Source: Eledone cirrhosa (taxonomy: Eukaryota). Taken from it: 64,000 nucleotides of DNA. The DNA lies in contig OZ024743.1 of NCBI GenBank assembly GCA_964016885.1, forward strand, positions 366,606,001-366,670,000. The letters run 5' to 3'. The notes beneath the pieces are model-generated. The model did not search any database, was not told the origin of the DNA, and saw only the letters and a list, made by a program, of their open reading frames with translations. Below are positions 12,693 to 24,652 of the stretch, one piece after another. Position 1 is the first letter of the stretch. Each line of letters begins with the position of its first letter. The translations under genes and the position numbers were made by a program.

Positions 12693-13077
12693 TCATCATC
12701 ATCATCATCACCGTTTTACATCCGTTCTTCCACGCTAGCATGGGTTAGACGGGTTGTCCTGTGGTGGGCAGTGTCTGGTCGGCTGACCATGCCTTTCTCA
12801 TACAGGAACTGATTTGGCTTGATTTCTACAGCTGGATGCCCTTCCTAACATCAACCTCATTTACAGTGAGTGCTGGGTGCTTTTTCGTGGCGCCTACACG
12901 TCCACTTTACAGTGTGGGCTGGGTGCTTTTTTGACGTGGCACCTCCACGACCACCTTGCAGTGGGAGGGTGTGGGGGCATATTGTCTATCGATATGCACC
13001 ACACGCTTCGCACCAGATAAATGAACCACCGCTCGGCGACAGCCCCGTCCCTTCTCAATCGAGTGAGCGAAGAAACT
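12693..13077 (-). mobile_element. RTE family A 3' UTR with an unrelated ~90 bp head
   Basis: 12693-12985 matches 14203-14500. 12986-13077 does not match the family A ORF end. Confidence 0.75.
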
Positions 13078-13161
13078 GTATGTATGTTTGTATATATATA
13101 TATGTATGTATGTATATCACGATAAATTAACGGAGGCATAGGCCCTCGCTATTCCCTGTAA

Positions 13162-13351
13162 ATAATTGTTTCTACTTTAGGCACAAGGCCAGCAATTACC
13201 CAGTGCATTACTGGTACTTTATTTTATCGACCCCGTAAGGATGAAAGGCAAAGTCAACCTCGGCGGGATTTGAACTCAGATCATAAAGGGACGTAACTAT
13301 GCTGGAAAGCATGGCGTTCGACCTTCTACCGATACTGCCAATCCACTGCCA
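13162..13351 (-). mobile_element. SINE family 1 with target-site duplication
   Basis: Matches 711-899. GCTATTCCCTGTAAATAAT occurs at 13148-13166 and 13353-13371. Confidence 0.9.
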
Positions 13352-13412
13352 TGCTATTCCCTGTAAATAATGTGCTCAAAAGAGAAGAGATCCTGAGCTC
13401 TTTAAAATACAA

Positions 13413-13706
13413 TATGTTGAAAAGGTAACACACCAGAGAGAGATATATATAGTGCGTTATCAATAATACAGGGAAAAAAACCACCAGTGTATGGAATCTA
13501 TAACCTATGAAAGGCAGACTCTAGACACGATAATTAAAAATATAAATTATAGAGGTATTTATTTACGCTTTAATTTATATTTTTAATTATCATGTCTAGA
13601 GTCTGCCTTTCATAGGTTATAGATTCCATACACTGGTGGTTTTTTTCCCTGTATTATTGATAACTCACTGTATATCTCTCTCTGGTGTGTTACCTTTTCA
13701 ACATAT
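13413..13706. repeat. inverted repeat, ~137 bp arms and ~21 bp loop
   Basis: ATATGTTGAAAAGGTAACACACCAGAGAGAG..TATAAATTA versus TAATTTATA..CTCTCTCTGGTGTGTTACCTTTTCAACATAT. Confidence 0.9.
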
Positions 13707-13726
13707 GTATGTATGTATGTATATAT

Positions 13727-13760
<34 letters not shown>

Positions 13761-13770
13761 GTATGTATAT

Positions 13771-13806
<36 letters not shown>

Positions 13807-13853
13807 GTATGTATATATATATATATATGTATGTATATATATATGTATGTATG

Positions 13854-13884
<31 letters not shown>

Positions 13885-13899
13885 ATATATATATGTATG

Positions 13900-13942
<43 letters not shown>

Positions 13943-13983
13943 ATATATATATATGTATGTATATATATATATATATATGTATG

Positions 13984-14023
<40 letters not shown>

Positions 14024-14047
14024 TGTATGTATATATATATATATATG

Positions 14048-14086
<39 letters not shown>

Positions 14087-14150
14087 ATATATATATATAT
14101 ATGTATGTATATATATATATATGTATGTATATATATATATATATATGTAT

Positions 14151-14195
<45 letters not shown>

Positions 14196-14202
14196 TATAT
14201 GT

Positions 14203-16980
14203 ATCATCATCATCATCATCATCACCGTTTTACGTCCGTTCTTCCACGCTAGCATGGGTTAGACGGGTTGTCCTGTTGTGGGCAGTGTCTGGTCGGCTGA
14301 CCATGCCTTGCTCATACAGGAACTGATCTGGCTTGATTTCTATAGCTGGATGCCCTTCCTAACACCAACCTCATTTACAGTGAGTGCTGGGTGCTTTTTC
14401 GTGGCGCCTACACGTCCACTTTACAGTGTGGGCTGGGTGCTTTTTTGCCGTGGCACCTCCACGACCACCTTGCGGTGGGGGGGGGGGGGGGCATATTGTT
14501 TATATGCTTCAGCATGTACCCATGGGAGGTCGAGTACCCTGTATTACTGCGTGACGCCAGAAGTCACGGTCGTGTGTCATTGACTTTGAGAGGTGTAGTT
14601 GGGTAAGGTCGGCTTTTATCACCTCATCCCAAGTCATCTTGGGTCTCCCCACTCCGCGGTTTCCATCAACTTCTAGTGCTCTGCACCTTTTTATGCAGCT
14701 GTCATCCTTCATACGCATCACATGTCCATACCAGCGTAACCGCCTCTCCTGCACGCAGCATTTGATTCCTCTTATGCTCAGTCTCTCTCTCAATTCATTT
14801 ATGCTTTGTCGTTCACGTATATTACTGTTACACATCCATCGGAGCATGCAGGCTTCGTTTCTCTCTAATCTACGTAAGTCTTCCACCTTCAGCGCCCAGG
14901 TCTCACTACCATGCAACATCGCTGTTCGGATACACGCATCATACAGTCTGCCTTTCATTCTGAGGGAGAAGCCTTTTGCAGCTAGCAGTGGTAGTAGTTC
15001 CCTAAACTTCTTCCATCCCGTTCTTACCCTAGTTATTGTACTTTCTGAGCACCCACCTCCGTTGCTAATTCGGTCACCTAGGTAGCAGAAGCTGTCTACT
15101 GTTTCTACAGGGCCCTCCCAGAGATTGGTGGTACTTGTTTCCTGTGGCTGTTTGCTTGCTGTTTCAGCACAGCTGCTGCATGTGAATCCTACATTCTTAA
15201 TTAAGCTTCCTGAGATCCCGCTACATCTCTTGTGTACCCATTGTTTGCATTTGGGGCAAAGAATGGAGTTCCTACCTACACCTTTCCTACATACTGAGCA
15301 AGGCCATTTCCCTGAGGGGATCTGGGTTCTGTTTTCTCGTCTACTTATAAGGACCTTAGTCTTTGTCATGTTGACTTTGAGGCCCTTTCTCTCTAGTCCC
15401 TGCTTCCAGGTTTGGAATTTATTCTCTAGTTCTACCATAGATTCAGCTATGAGTGCGAGGTCATCAGCATACAGGAGTTCCCATGGGCATCCGGTCTTAA
15501 ACTCCTCCGTTATTGCCTGCAGGACTATGATGAACAGGAGAGGGCTAAGAACAGAGCCCTGGTGGACCCCAACCTGTACGCTAAATTCCTCGCTATACTC
15601 ATTGCCAATCCTAACTTTGCTGACTGCTCCCCTATACATGGCTTGTACCGCTTTCACAAGCCATTCATCTACTCCTAGTTTTCTAAGAGCCCACCAGATT
15701 ACTGCACGTGGAACTCTGTCAAAGGCTTTCTCAAGGTCGACAAATGCCAAGTAGAGTGGCTTACTTTTAGCTAGGTACTTTTCCTGTAATTGCCTCACAA
15801 GGAAGAGCGCATCAGTGGTGCCTTTCCCTGGAACAAACCCAAATTGCATCTCGTCTATATTCACCCGGTCCCTAATCAGCTGTGCTATAACTCTTTCTGT
15901 TACTTTCATGACCTGGTCCATCAACTTTATACCTCTATAGTTTCCTCTATCTAGTGCATCGCCTTTACCTTTGTAGCAGTTGACAATGATGCTACTGCAC
16001 CAATCTTTTGGTATGGCCCCCTCTAGTATTACCTGGTTAACGATACGTGTGGTTATAGTGTGACCTACAGACCCAGATGCCTTCAGCATCTCGGCAGCTA
16101 TACCCGATGGACCGGTTGCCTTCCCTATCTTCATATCTCTGATTGCCTTACTTACTACGCTACCGCTGACTTGTACTGCTGGTCCCTCTATAGGGTCTAC
16201 GTGGGGTAGGGTCTCTTCTTCCCATGCATTCTCCTCATTTAGTAATCTATCATAATGACTCTTCCATGCATCTTTCTTCTCAGCACTTGTGAGGGCAAGC
16301 TCACCTTTATCATTCCGGATACACTTCTCTCCAATGACATCACAACTATCTCTGACACACTGCCTCGCAATCTTGAATACCTCCTGTTTCTGGTCCTCAC
16401 GTTGTAAAACATGCTTGAATTTTCTATCCTCTGCTTCCCTCCTAGCTAAGTATACTTGTCGCCTAGCTTCCCTCTTGGTCTCTATGTAATGTACCCTGCT
16501 CCCCCCGTTCTTCCATTCTTTCCATGCCTGTCTCTTGGCCTTGACTGCTTCATCTACCTTATTGTTCCACCACCAAGTCACTCTCCTCCTGCTTGAGGTC
16601 TTACTCCAGCCACAAACCTCATCCGTCGCCTCTAGTAAGTTATTTTTTAGGAACTCCCAGTTCTCTTCTACGTTAAATGTCTCTATCTGTTCTTCTTTAC
16701 TGTCGTAGGCGTTGAGTAAAATATCTTTAAATCTGTTACTGGTTGAGGGGACTTTCAGCTTCCAGATCTTTCTTCTCCAGGTTGGCCTCTGTTTCAGGGC
16801 TCGTCTAGTTCTGACCGTGAGGTCGCTGACAACTAAGCTATGTTGGGATGTACATTCCTCACTAGGGAAGGCTTTTGTGTTTACGACCGTCCATCTGTCA
16901 CGTCCTCTGATGAGGATAAAATCTAACTGACTAGAGTGCTCCCCTGATCTATAGGTGATCAGGTGGTTGTCGGATTTTTT
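14203..16980 (-). mobile_element. RTE-clade LINE family A, 5'-truncated
   Basis: End of the APE endonuclease, RT, PHD finger, 3' UTR and (ATG)n tail. Both ends lie in TA tracts. Confidence 0.95.
14509..16977 (-). CDS. RTE-A ORF (partial APE endonuclease, reverse transcriptase, PHD finger)
   Basis: The frame is open upstream of the called 16581 start ([22 protein letters not shown]). RT motifs [33 protein letters not shown]. Confidence 0.9.
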   Translation of the reverse strand, partial: KSDNHLITYRSGEHSSQLDFILIRGRDRWTVVNTKAFPSEECTSQHSLVVSDLTVRTRRALKQRPTWRRKIWKLKVPSTSNRFKDILLNAYDSKEEQIETFNVEENWEFLKNNLLEATDEVCGWSKTSSRRRVTWWWNNKVDEAVKAKRQAWKEWKNGGSRVHYIETKREARRQVYLARREAEDRKFKHVLQREDQKQEVFKIARQCVRDSCDVIGEKCIRNDKGELALTSAEKKDAWKSHYDRLLNEENAWEEETLPHVDPIEGPAVQVSGSVVSKAIRDMKIGKATGPSGIAAEMLKASGSVGHTITTRIVNQVILEGAIPKDWCSSIIVNCYKGKGDALDRGNYRGIKLMDQVMKVTERVIAQLIRDRVNIDEMQFGFVPGKGTTDALFLVRQLQEKYLAKSKPLYLAFVDLEKAFDRVPRAVIWWALRKLGVDEWLVKAVQAMYRGAVSKVRIGNEYSEEFSVQVGVHQGSVLSPLLFIIVLQAITEEFKTGCPWELLYADDLALIAESMVELENKFQTWKQGLERKGLKVNMTKTKVLISRRENRTQIPSGKWPCSVCRKGVGRNSILCPKCKQWVHKRCSGISGSLIKNVGFTCSSCAETASKQPQETSTTNLWEGPVETVDSFCYLGDRISNGGGCSESTITRVRTGWKKFRELLPLLAAKGFSLRMKGRLYDACIRTAMLHGSETWALKVEDLRRLERNEACMLRWMCNSNIRERQSINELRERLSIRGIKCCVQERRLRWYGHVMRMKDDSCIKRCRALEVDGNRGVGRPKMTWDEVIKADLTQLHLSKSMTHDRDFWRHAVIQGTRPPMGTC

Positions 16981-17014
16981 TTTTTATATGTATGTATATA
17001 TATATATATATATG

Positions 17015-17079
<65 letters not shown>

Positions 17080-17190
17080 ATATATATATATATGTATGTA
17101 TATATATATATATGTATGTATATATATATGTATGTATGTATATATGTATGTATATATATGTATGTATGTGTATATATATATATATGTATG

Positions 17191-17227
<37 letters not shown>

Positions 17228-17257
17228 GTATGTATATATATATGTATGTATGTATGT

Positions 17258-17329
17258 ATCATCATAATCATCATTTCATTTTACGTCCGCTTTTCCCTGC
17301 TTGCAAGGGTGGGATGGGAACTGATTTTG
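17258..17329 (-). mobile_element. SINE family 2 tail fragment
   Basis: CATTTCATTTTACGTCCGCTTTTCCCTGCTTGCAAGGGTGGGA matches 59766-59820. Confidence 0.75.
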
Positions 17330-17537
17330 TGCATTGTACAGTGTTTTGGCCACTACATCATGCCTCATAGGTAGATGTTACCGAGATGACATCTTTGGAC
17401 AGCTGCTGATGACATGGGTGATATCCTCGATGTTAGTTCTGCAGAGTCTGCACTTGTTATCACATCTAGGTGTTTTGCCTGCATCCCTATCTCTTTTGTG
17501 AATCAGGTATTTCATGCTAATCTCCTGTTCTTGTTCT
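17330..17537 (-). mobile_element. R4/Dong-like LINE internal fragment (CCHC zinc knuckle)
   Basis: [65 protein letters not shown] shows the CxxC..H..C..RHD motif of RLE elements. Confidence 0.85.
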
Positions 17538-17907
17538 ATGTATGTATATATATATATATGTATGTATGTATATATATATGTATGTATATATGTATGTATG
17601 TATATATATATATATGTATGTATATATGTATATATATATATATATATATGCATGTATATATATATATATGTATGTATATATATATATGTATGTATGTATA
17701 TATATATATGTATGTATGTATGTATATATATATATATGTATGTATATATGTATGTATATATATATATATGTATGTATGTATATATATATATGTATGTATG
17801 TATGTATATATATATATATGTATGTATGTATGTATATATATATATATATATGTATGTATATATGTATATATATATATGTATATATGTATATATATATATA
17901 TGTATGT

Positions 17908-18971
17908 ATCATCATCATCATCATCGTCATCAGGTTTAGCGTCCGTGTTCCACGCTTGCATGGGTTTGGACGGGGGTTTTCCCACTTGAGGCAAGAGTGG
18001 TTGTCTTGCTCGCATAGGACTGTCTGGCGGGTTTTCTACAGTTGGATGCCCTACCTAACACCAACCACATTCACAGTGTGGGGCTGGGAGGTTTTTACCG
18101 TGTTGCCTACACGGCCACATTACAGCGTGGACTGTCTGGCGGGTTTTCTACAGCTGGATGCCCTTCCTAACACCAACCACATTTACAGTGTGGGGCTGGG
18201 AGGTTTTTACCGTGTTGCCTACACGGCCACATTTACAGCGTGGACTGTGTGTTTTTTGTCGTGACACCTACACGATCTCATTTGTTTCGGCCTGGATGTT
18301 GTGGGACCAACATAACTTTACATTGAAAGGGGCGGTGTGGGTGGGGTGGAGGTGGTGGGACGGGCGTGTGTTTTGATAGAGATGCCTACTGACTGTAGTA
18401 GGTTTTTACTTTGTATTTAGGTAAGGCGGGTCTTCTCGATTACTGAGTACCGCCAAAGGTCTCGGTCCAGTGACATTGTCTTGGAGAGGTGTAAGCGTGT
18501 GAGGTCGGAATTTATCAGCTCGTCCCATGTTTTTCTGGGTCTGCCTACTCCGTGGCTACTGTCTATCTTTATTGCCCTGCACTTTGTTATACAGCTGTCG
18601 TCTTTCATGCGCATCACGTGACCGTACCAACGTAGCCTTCTCTCGAGTAAACAACATCTGATCCCTCTTATTTCTAATTTTTTCCTTAGTTCGTTTATGC
18701 TTTGCTGTTCACGTATATTACTATTGCACATCCAGCGGAGCATGCAAGCTTCGTTCCTCTCTAGTCTGCGTATATCCTCTGCACACAATGCCCAGGTCTC
18801 ACTGCCATGCAGCATTGCTGTTCGTATGCAGGCATCGTATAACCTGCCTTTCATTTTTAGGGAGAACCCTCTAGCGGCTAATAGTGGTATAAGCTCTCTG
18901 AACTTTTTCCATCCAGTTCTGACTCTAGCTACTGTACTTTCAGAGCACCCTCCCCCACTGCTGATTTTGTC
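17908..18971 (-). mobile_element. RTE family B variant, 5'-truncated
   Basis: ORF end [21 protein letters not shown] (stop 18417), 3' UTR with an internal ~110 bp duplication, (ATG)n tail. Confidence 0.92.
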
Positions 18972-19138
18972 ATGTATGTATATATATATATATGTATGTA
19001 TATATATATATATATGTATGTATATATATATATATATATGTATGTATATATATATATATGTATGTATGTATATATATATATATGTATGTATGTATATATA
19101 TATATGTATGTATGTATATATATATATATATATGTATG

Positions 19139-19194
<56 letters not shown>

Positions 19195-19217
19195 TGTATA
19201 TATATATATATATATAT

Positions 19218-21190
19218 GTACAAGTCAGCGGCAGCGTAGTAAGTAAGGCAATCAGAGATATGAAGATAGGGAAGGCAACTGGTCCATCGGGTATAGCTGC
19301 CGAGATGCTGAAGGCATCTGGGTCTGTAGGTCACACTATAACCACACGTATCGTTAACCAGGTAATACTAGAGGGGGCCATACCAAAAGATTGGTGCAGT
19401 AGCATCATTGTCAACTGCTACAAAGGTAAAGGCGATGCACTAGATAGAGGAAACTATAGAGGTATAAAGTTGATGGACCAGGTCATGAAAGTAACAGAAA
19501 GAGTTATAGCACAGCTGATTAGGGACCGGGTGAATATAGACGAGATGCAATTTGGGTTTGTACCAGGGTAAGGCACCACTGATGCGCTCTTCCTTGTGAG
19601 GCAATTACAGGAAAAGTACCTAGCTAAAAGTAAGCCACTCTACTTGGCATTTGTCGACCTTGAGAAAGCCTTTGACAGAGTTCCACGTGCAGTAATCTGG
19701 TGGGCTCTTAGAAAACTAGGAGTAGATGAATGGCTTGTGAAAGCGGTACAAGCCATGTATAGGGGAGCAGTCAGCAAAGTTAGGATTGGCAATGAGTATA
19801 GCGAGGAATTTAGCGTACAGGTTGGGGTCCACCAGGGCTCTGTTCTTAGCCCTCTCCTGTTCATCATAGTCCTGCAGGCAATAACGGAGGAGTTTAAGAC
19901 CGGATGCCCATGGGAACTCCTGTATGCTGATGACCTCGCACTCATAGCTGAATCTATGGTAGAACTAGAGAATAAATTCCAAACCTGGAAGCAGGGACTA
20001 GAGAGAAAGGGCCTCAAAGTCAACATGACAAAGACTAAGGTCCTTATAAGTAGACGAGAAAACAGAACCCAGATCCCCTCAGGGAAATGGCCTTGCTCAG
20101 TATGTAGGAAAGGTGTAGGTAGGAACTCCATTCTTTGCCCCAAATGCAAACAATGGGTACACAAGAGATGTAGCGGGATCTCAGGAAGCTTAATTAAGAA
20201 TGTAGGATTCACATGCAGCAGCTGTGCTGAAACAGCAAGCAAACAGCCACAGGAAACAAGTACCACCAATCTCTGGGAGGGCCCTGTAGAAACAGTAGAC
20301 AGCTTCTGCTACCTAGGTGACCGAATTAGCAACGGAGGTGGGTGCTCAGAAAGTACAATAACTAGGGTAAGAACGGGATGGAAGAAGTTTAGGGAACTAC
20401 TACCACTGCTAGCTGCAAAAGGCTTCTCCCTCAGAATGAAAGGCAGACTGTATGATGCGTGTATCCGAACAGCGATGTTGCATGGTAGTGAGACCTGGGC
20501 GCTGAAGGTGGAAGACTTACGTAGATTAGAGAGAAACGAAGCCTGCATGCTCCGATGGATGTGTAACAGTAATATACGTGAACGACAAAGCATAAATGAA
20601 TTGAGAGAGAGACTGAGCATAAGAGGAATCAAATGCTGCGTGCAGGAGAGGCGGTTACGCTGGTATGGACATGTGATGCGTATGAAGGATGACAGCTGCA
20701 TAAAAAGGTGCAGAGCACTAGAAGTTGATGGAAACCGCGGAGTGGGGAGACCCAAGATGACTTGGGATGAGGTGATAAAAGCCGACCTTACCCAACTACA
20801 CCTCTCAAAGTCAATGACACACGACCGTGACTTCTGGCGTCACGCAGTAATACAGGGTACCCGACCTCCCATGGGTACATGCTGAAGCATATAAACAATA
20901 TGCCCCCCCCCCCCACCGCAAGGTGGTCGTGGAGGTGCCACGGCAAAAAAGCACCCAGCCCACACTGTAAAGTGGACGTGTAGGCGCCACGAAAAAGCAC
21001 CCAGCACTCACTGTAAATGAGGTTGGTGTTAGGAAGGGCATCCAGCTGTAGAAATCAAGCCAGATCAGTTCCTGTATGAGCAAGGCATGGTCAGCCGACC
21101 AGACACTGCCCACAACAGGACAACCCGTCTAACCCATGCTAGCGTGGAAGAACGGACGTAAAACGGTGATGATGATGATGATGATGATGA
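19218..21190 (+). mobile_element. RTE family A copy, 5'-truncated, one nonsense mutation
   Basis: Near-identical to 14203-16175 in inverse orientation. AAA>TAA at 19569-19571 splits one frame running 19218-20885. Confidence 0.95.
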
Positions 21191-21270
21191 TATATGTATA
21201 TATATATGTATATATATATATATGTATATATATATGTATATATATATGTATATATATATATATGTATATA

Positions 21271-21328
<58 letters not shown>

Positions 21329-21714
21329 TATATATATATATGTATATATACATGTATATATATATGTATATATATATGTATATATATATGTATATATATA
21401 TGTATATATATATATATATATATGTATGTATATATATATATGTATGTATATATATATATGTATGTATATGTATATATATATGTATATATATATATGTATA
21501 TATATATGTATATATATATATATATATATGTATGTATATATATATATGTATGTATATATATATATGTATGTATATATATATATATATGTATGTATATATA
21601 TATATATATATATGTATGTATATATATATATATATGTATGTATATATATATATATATATGTATGTATATATATATATATATGTATGTATATGTATATATA
21701 TATATATATGTATG

Positions 21715-21747
<33 letters not shown>

Positions 21748-21788
21748 ATATATATATATATGTATGTATATATATATATATATATATG

Positions 21789-21829
<41 letters not shown>

Positions 21830-21957
21830 ATATATATATATATATATGTATGTATATATATATATATATATATGTATGTATATATATATGTATATATATG
21901 TATTTATATATATATGTATGTATATATATATGTATGTATGTATATATATATGTATGT

Positions 21958-22519
21958 CAACATGTCTCATGGTCGGGTCGTTGGCGACTAAACTGGCAAC
22001 CCCACCAAGGTTTCTTGGTGAGGAGGGTGACTTTGGACATCCTGCAGGACTAAAAACAAAACCTTTCAAAGGGCAAAGGAGCTGTTAAGAGTCAATGGCC
22101 ATCCAAAATCACCGGGAGAGATGACCCCTTAGCCTTTGTCAAGGCAGAATTCTAGGAGAAGGAAAACTCTGATATAGCACCTGCAACCCTGATGGTATCC
22201 AATGTTGACTTGTTCCTCTTTTTAGTAAATATCATCTTGGTTAAGAGAGTGCGACTGGCTTTGTGCAGTGCCTTTGCTCACTATAAAAACTTCACGGCAC
22301 AGGCATTGCTTTATATCTGGAGATCTCTCTGTACTTGTCATCACAGGGTACCATGGGCCCAGGACTATGTGTCAATAATTGTCACAAGTGTAGTGTTTGT
22401 ACCAGAGTTTTCAAGTCGCTGGCTGGACTAAAAAGTCACACTCGTTCAGCGCATTGGTAGGGGTTCTCCTACACGGATATAAAGTAGTGGCCGTACTCGA
22501 AAACAAGTTGGCAGCCACC
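21958..22519 (+). mobile_element. bipartite RTE-derived non-autonomous element
   Basis: 5' part resembles an RTE 5' UTR (CTAGGAGAAGGAAAACTCTGA). 3' part encodes [23 protein letters not shown] followed by a terminal stem-loop. Five copies in the window. Confidence 0.75.
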
Positions 22520-22530
22520 ATATATGTATG

Positions 22531-22563
<33 letters not shown>

Positions 22564-22678
22564 ATATATATGTATGTATGTATATATATATGTATGTGTG
22601 TATATATATATATATGTATGTAAGTATATATATATATATATATGTATGTAAGTATATATATATATGTATGTATGTAAG

Positions 22679-22692
<14 letters not shown>

Positions 22693-22710
<18 letters not shown>

Positions 22711-23052
22711 ATGGGGGCACATGGCTTAGTGGTTCGAGCATTGGCCTTGCAATCGAAAGGTTGTAGTTCAATTCTCACACCGGGTGATGTGTTGTTTCCT
22801 TGAGCAAGACACTTTATTTCACATTGCTCCAGTTTACTCAGCTGTAGAAATGAGATGATAGGGACTGGGGTCCCTATCATTCCACTGCAAAGTGGTCGTA
22901 TAGGCGCCACGGCAAAAAAGCACCCAGCACTCACTGTAAATGAGGTTGGTGTTAGGAAGGGCATCCAGCTGTAGAAGTCAAGCCAGAATCAGTTCCTCTC
23001 CCACACTTGCAAGCAGGGAAAAGTGGACGTAAAATGATGATGATAATGATGA
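22693..23052 (+). mobile_element. SINE family 2, full length
   Basis: A box TGGCTTAGTGG, B box GTTCAATTC, CORE-like CCTTGAGCAAGACACTT, RTE 3' UTR-like tail, (ATG)n. Confidence 0.9.
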
Positions 23053-23065
23053 TATGTATGTGTAT

Positions 23066-23103
<38 letters not shown>

Positions 23104-23590
23104 GTATATATGTATATAAATATATATATGTATGTATATATGTATGTATATATATATATATGTATGTATATATATATATGTATGTATATATGTATATATA
23201 TATATATGTATGTATATATATATATATATATATGTATGTATATATATATATATGTATGTATATATATATATATATATATGTGTATGTATATATATATATA
23301 TATGTATGTATATATATATATGTATATGTATATATATATATGTATGTATGTATATGTATATATATATATGTATGTATATATGTATATATATATATATGTA
23401 TGTATATATATATATATATATATGTATGTATATATATATATATGTATGTATATATATATATATATATATGTGTATGTATATATATATATATATGTATGTA
23501 TATATATATATGTATATGTATATATATATATGTATGTATATATATATATATGTATGTATATATATATGTATGTATGTATATATATATATG

Positions 23591-23716
<126 letters not shown>

Positions 23717-23722
23717 TGTATG

Positions 23723-23769
<47 letters not shown>

Positions 23770-23784
23770 GTATATAAGTGTATG

Positions 23785-23821
<37 letters not shown>

Positions 23822-23858
23822 GTATATATGTATGTATATATATGTGTATATATATATA

Positions 23859-23905
<47 letters not shown>

Positions 23906-24049
23906 GTATATATATATATAGATATATATATGTATATGTATATATACATATATAGATATATATATATATGTATATGTATATATATATATAGATATTTATA
24001 TGTATATAGATATATATATATATGTATATGTATATATATATATAGATAT

Positions 24050-24109
<60 letters not shown>

Positions 24110-24142
24110 GTATATATATATATAGATATAGATATATATATG

Positions 24143-24179
<37 letters not shown>

Positions 24180-24652
24180 GTATATATATATATAGATCTA
24201 GATATATATATGTATATATATATATATGTATATATATATATAGATATAGATATATCATCATCAACATCATCATCAACGTTTAACGTCCGTGTTCCACGCT
24301 TGCATGGGTTTGGACGGGGGTAGTCCCACTTGAGGCAAGAGTGATTGTCTTGCTCGCATAGGACTGTCTGGCAGGTTTTCTACAGTTGGATGCCCTTCCT
24401 AACACCAACCACATTTACAGTGTGGGTCTGGGAGGTTTTTACCGTGTTGCCTACACGGCCACATTACAGCGTGGACTGTGTGTTTTTTTGTCGTGACACC
24501 TACACGATCTCATTTGTTTCGGCCTCGATGGCGCGGCACCAACATAACTTTACATAGAACGGGGTGGTGTGGATGGGGTGGGGGTGGTGGTGGTGGGACG
24601 GGGTGTATTTTGTTAGAGATGCCTACTGGCTGGAGTAGGTTTTACTATATAT

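Noticed and set aside
14639-15754. Antisense ORFs over the RT (repeated in each LINE copy)
   Set aside because: Shadow frames of the RT coding strand with no independent motifs.
22693-22765. tRNA gene
   Set aside because: A and B boxes are present but run into SINE body, and there is no proper acceptor stem.
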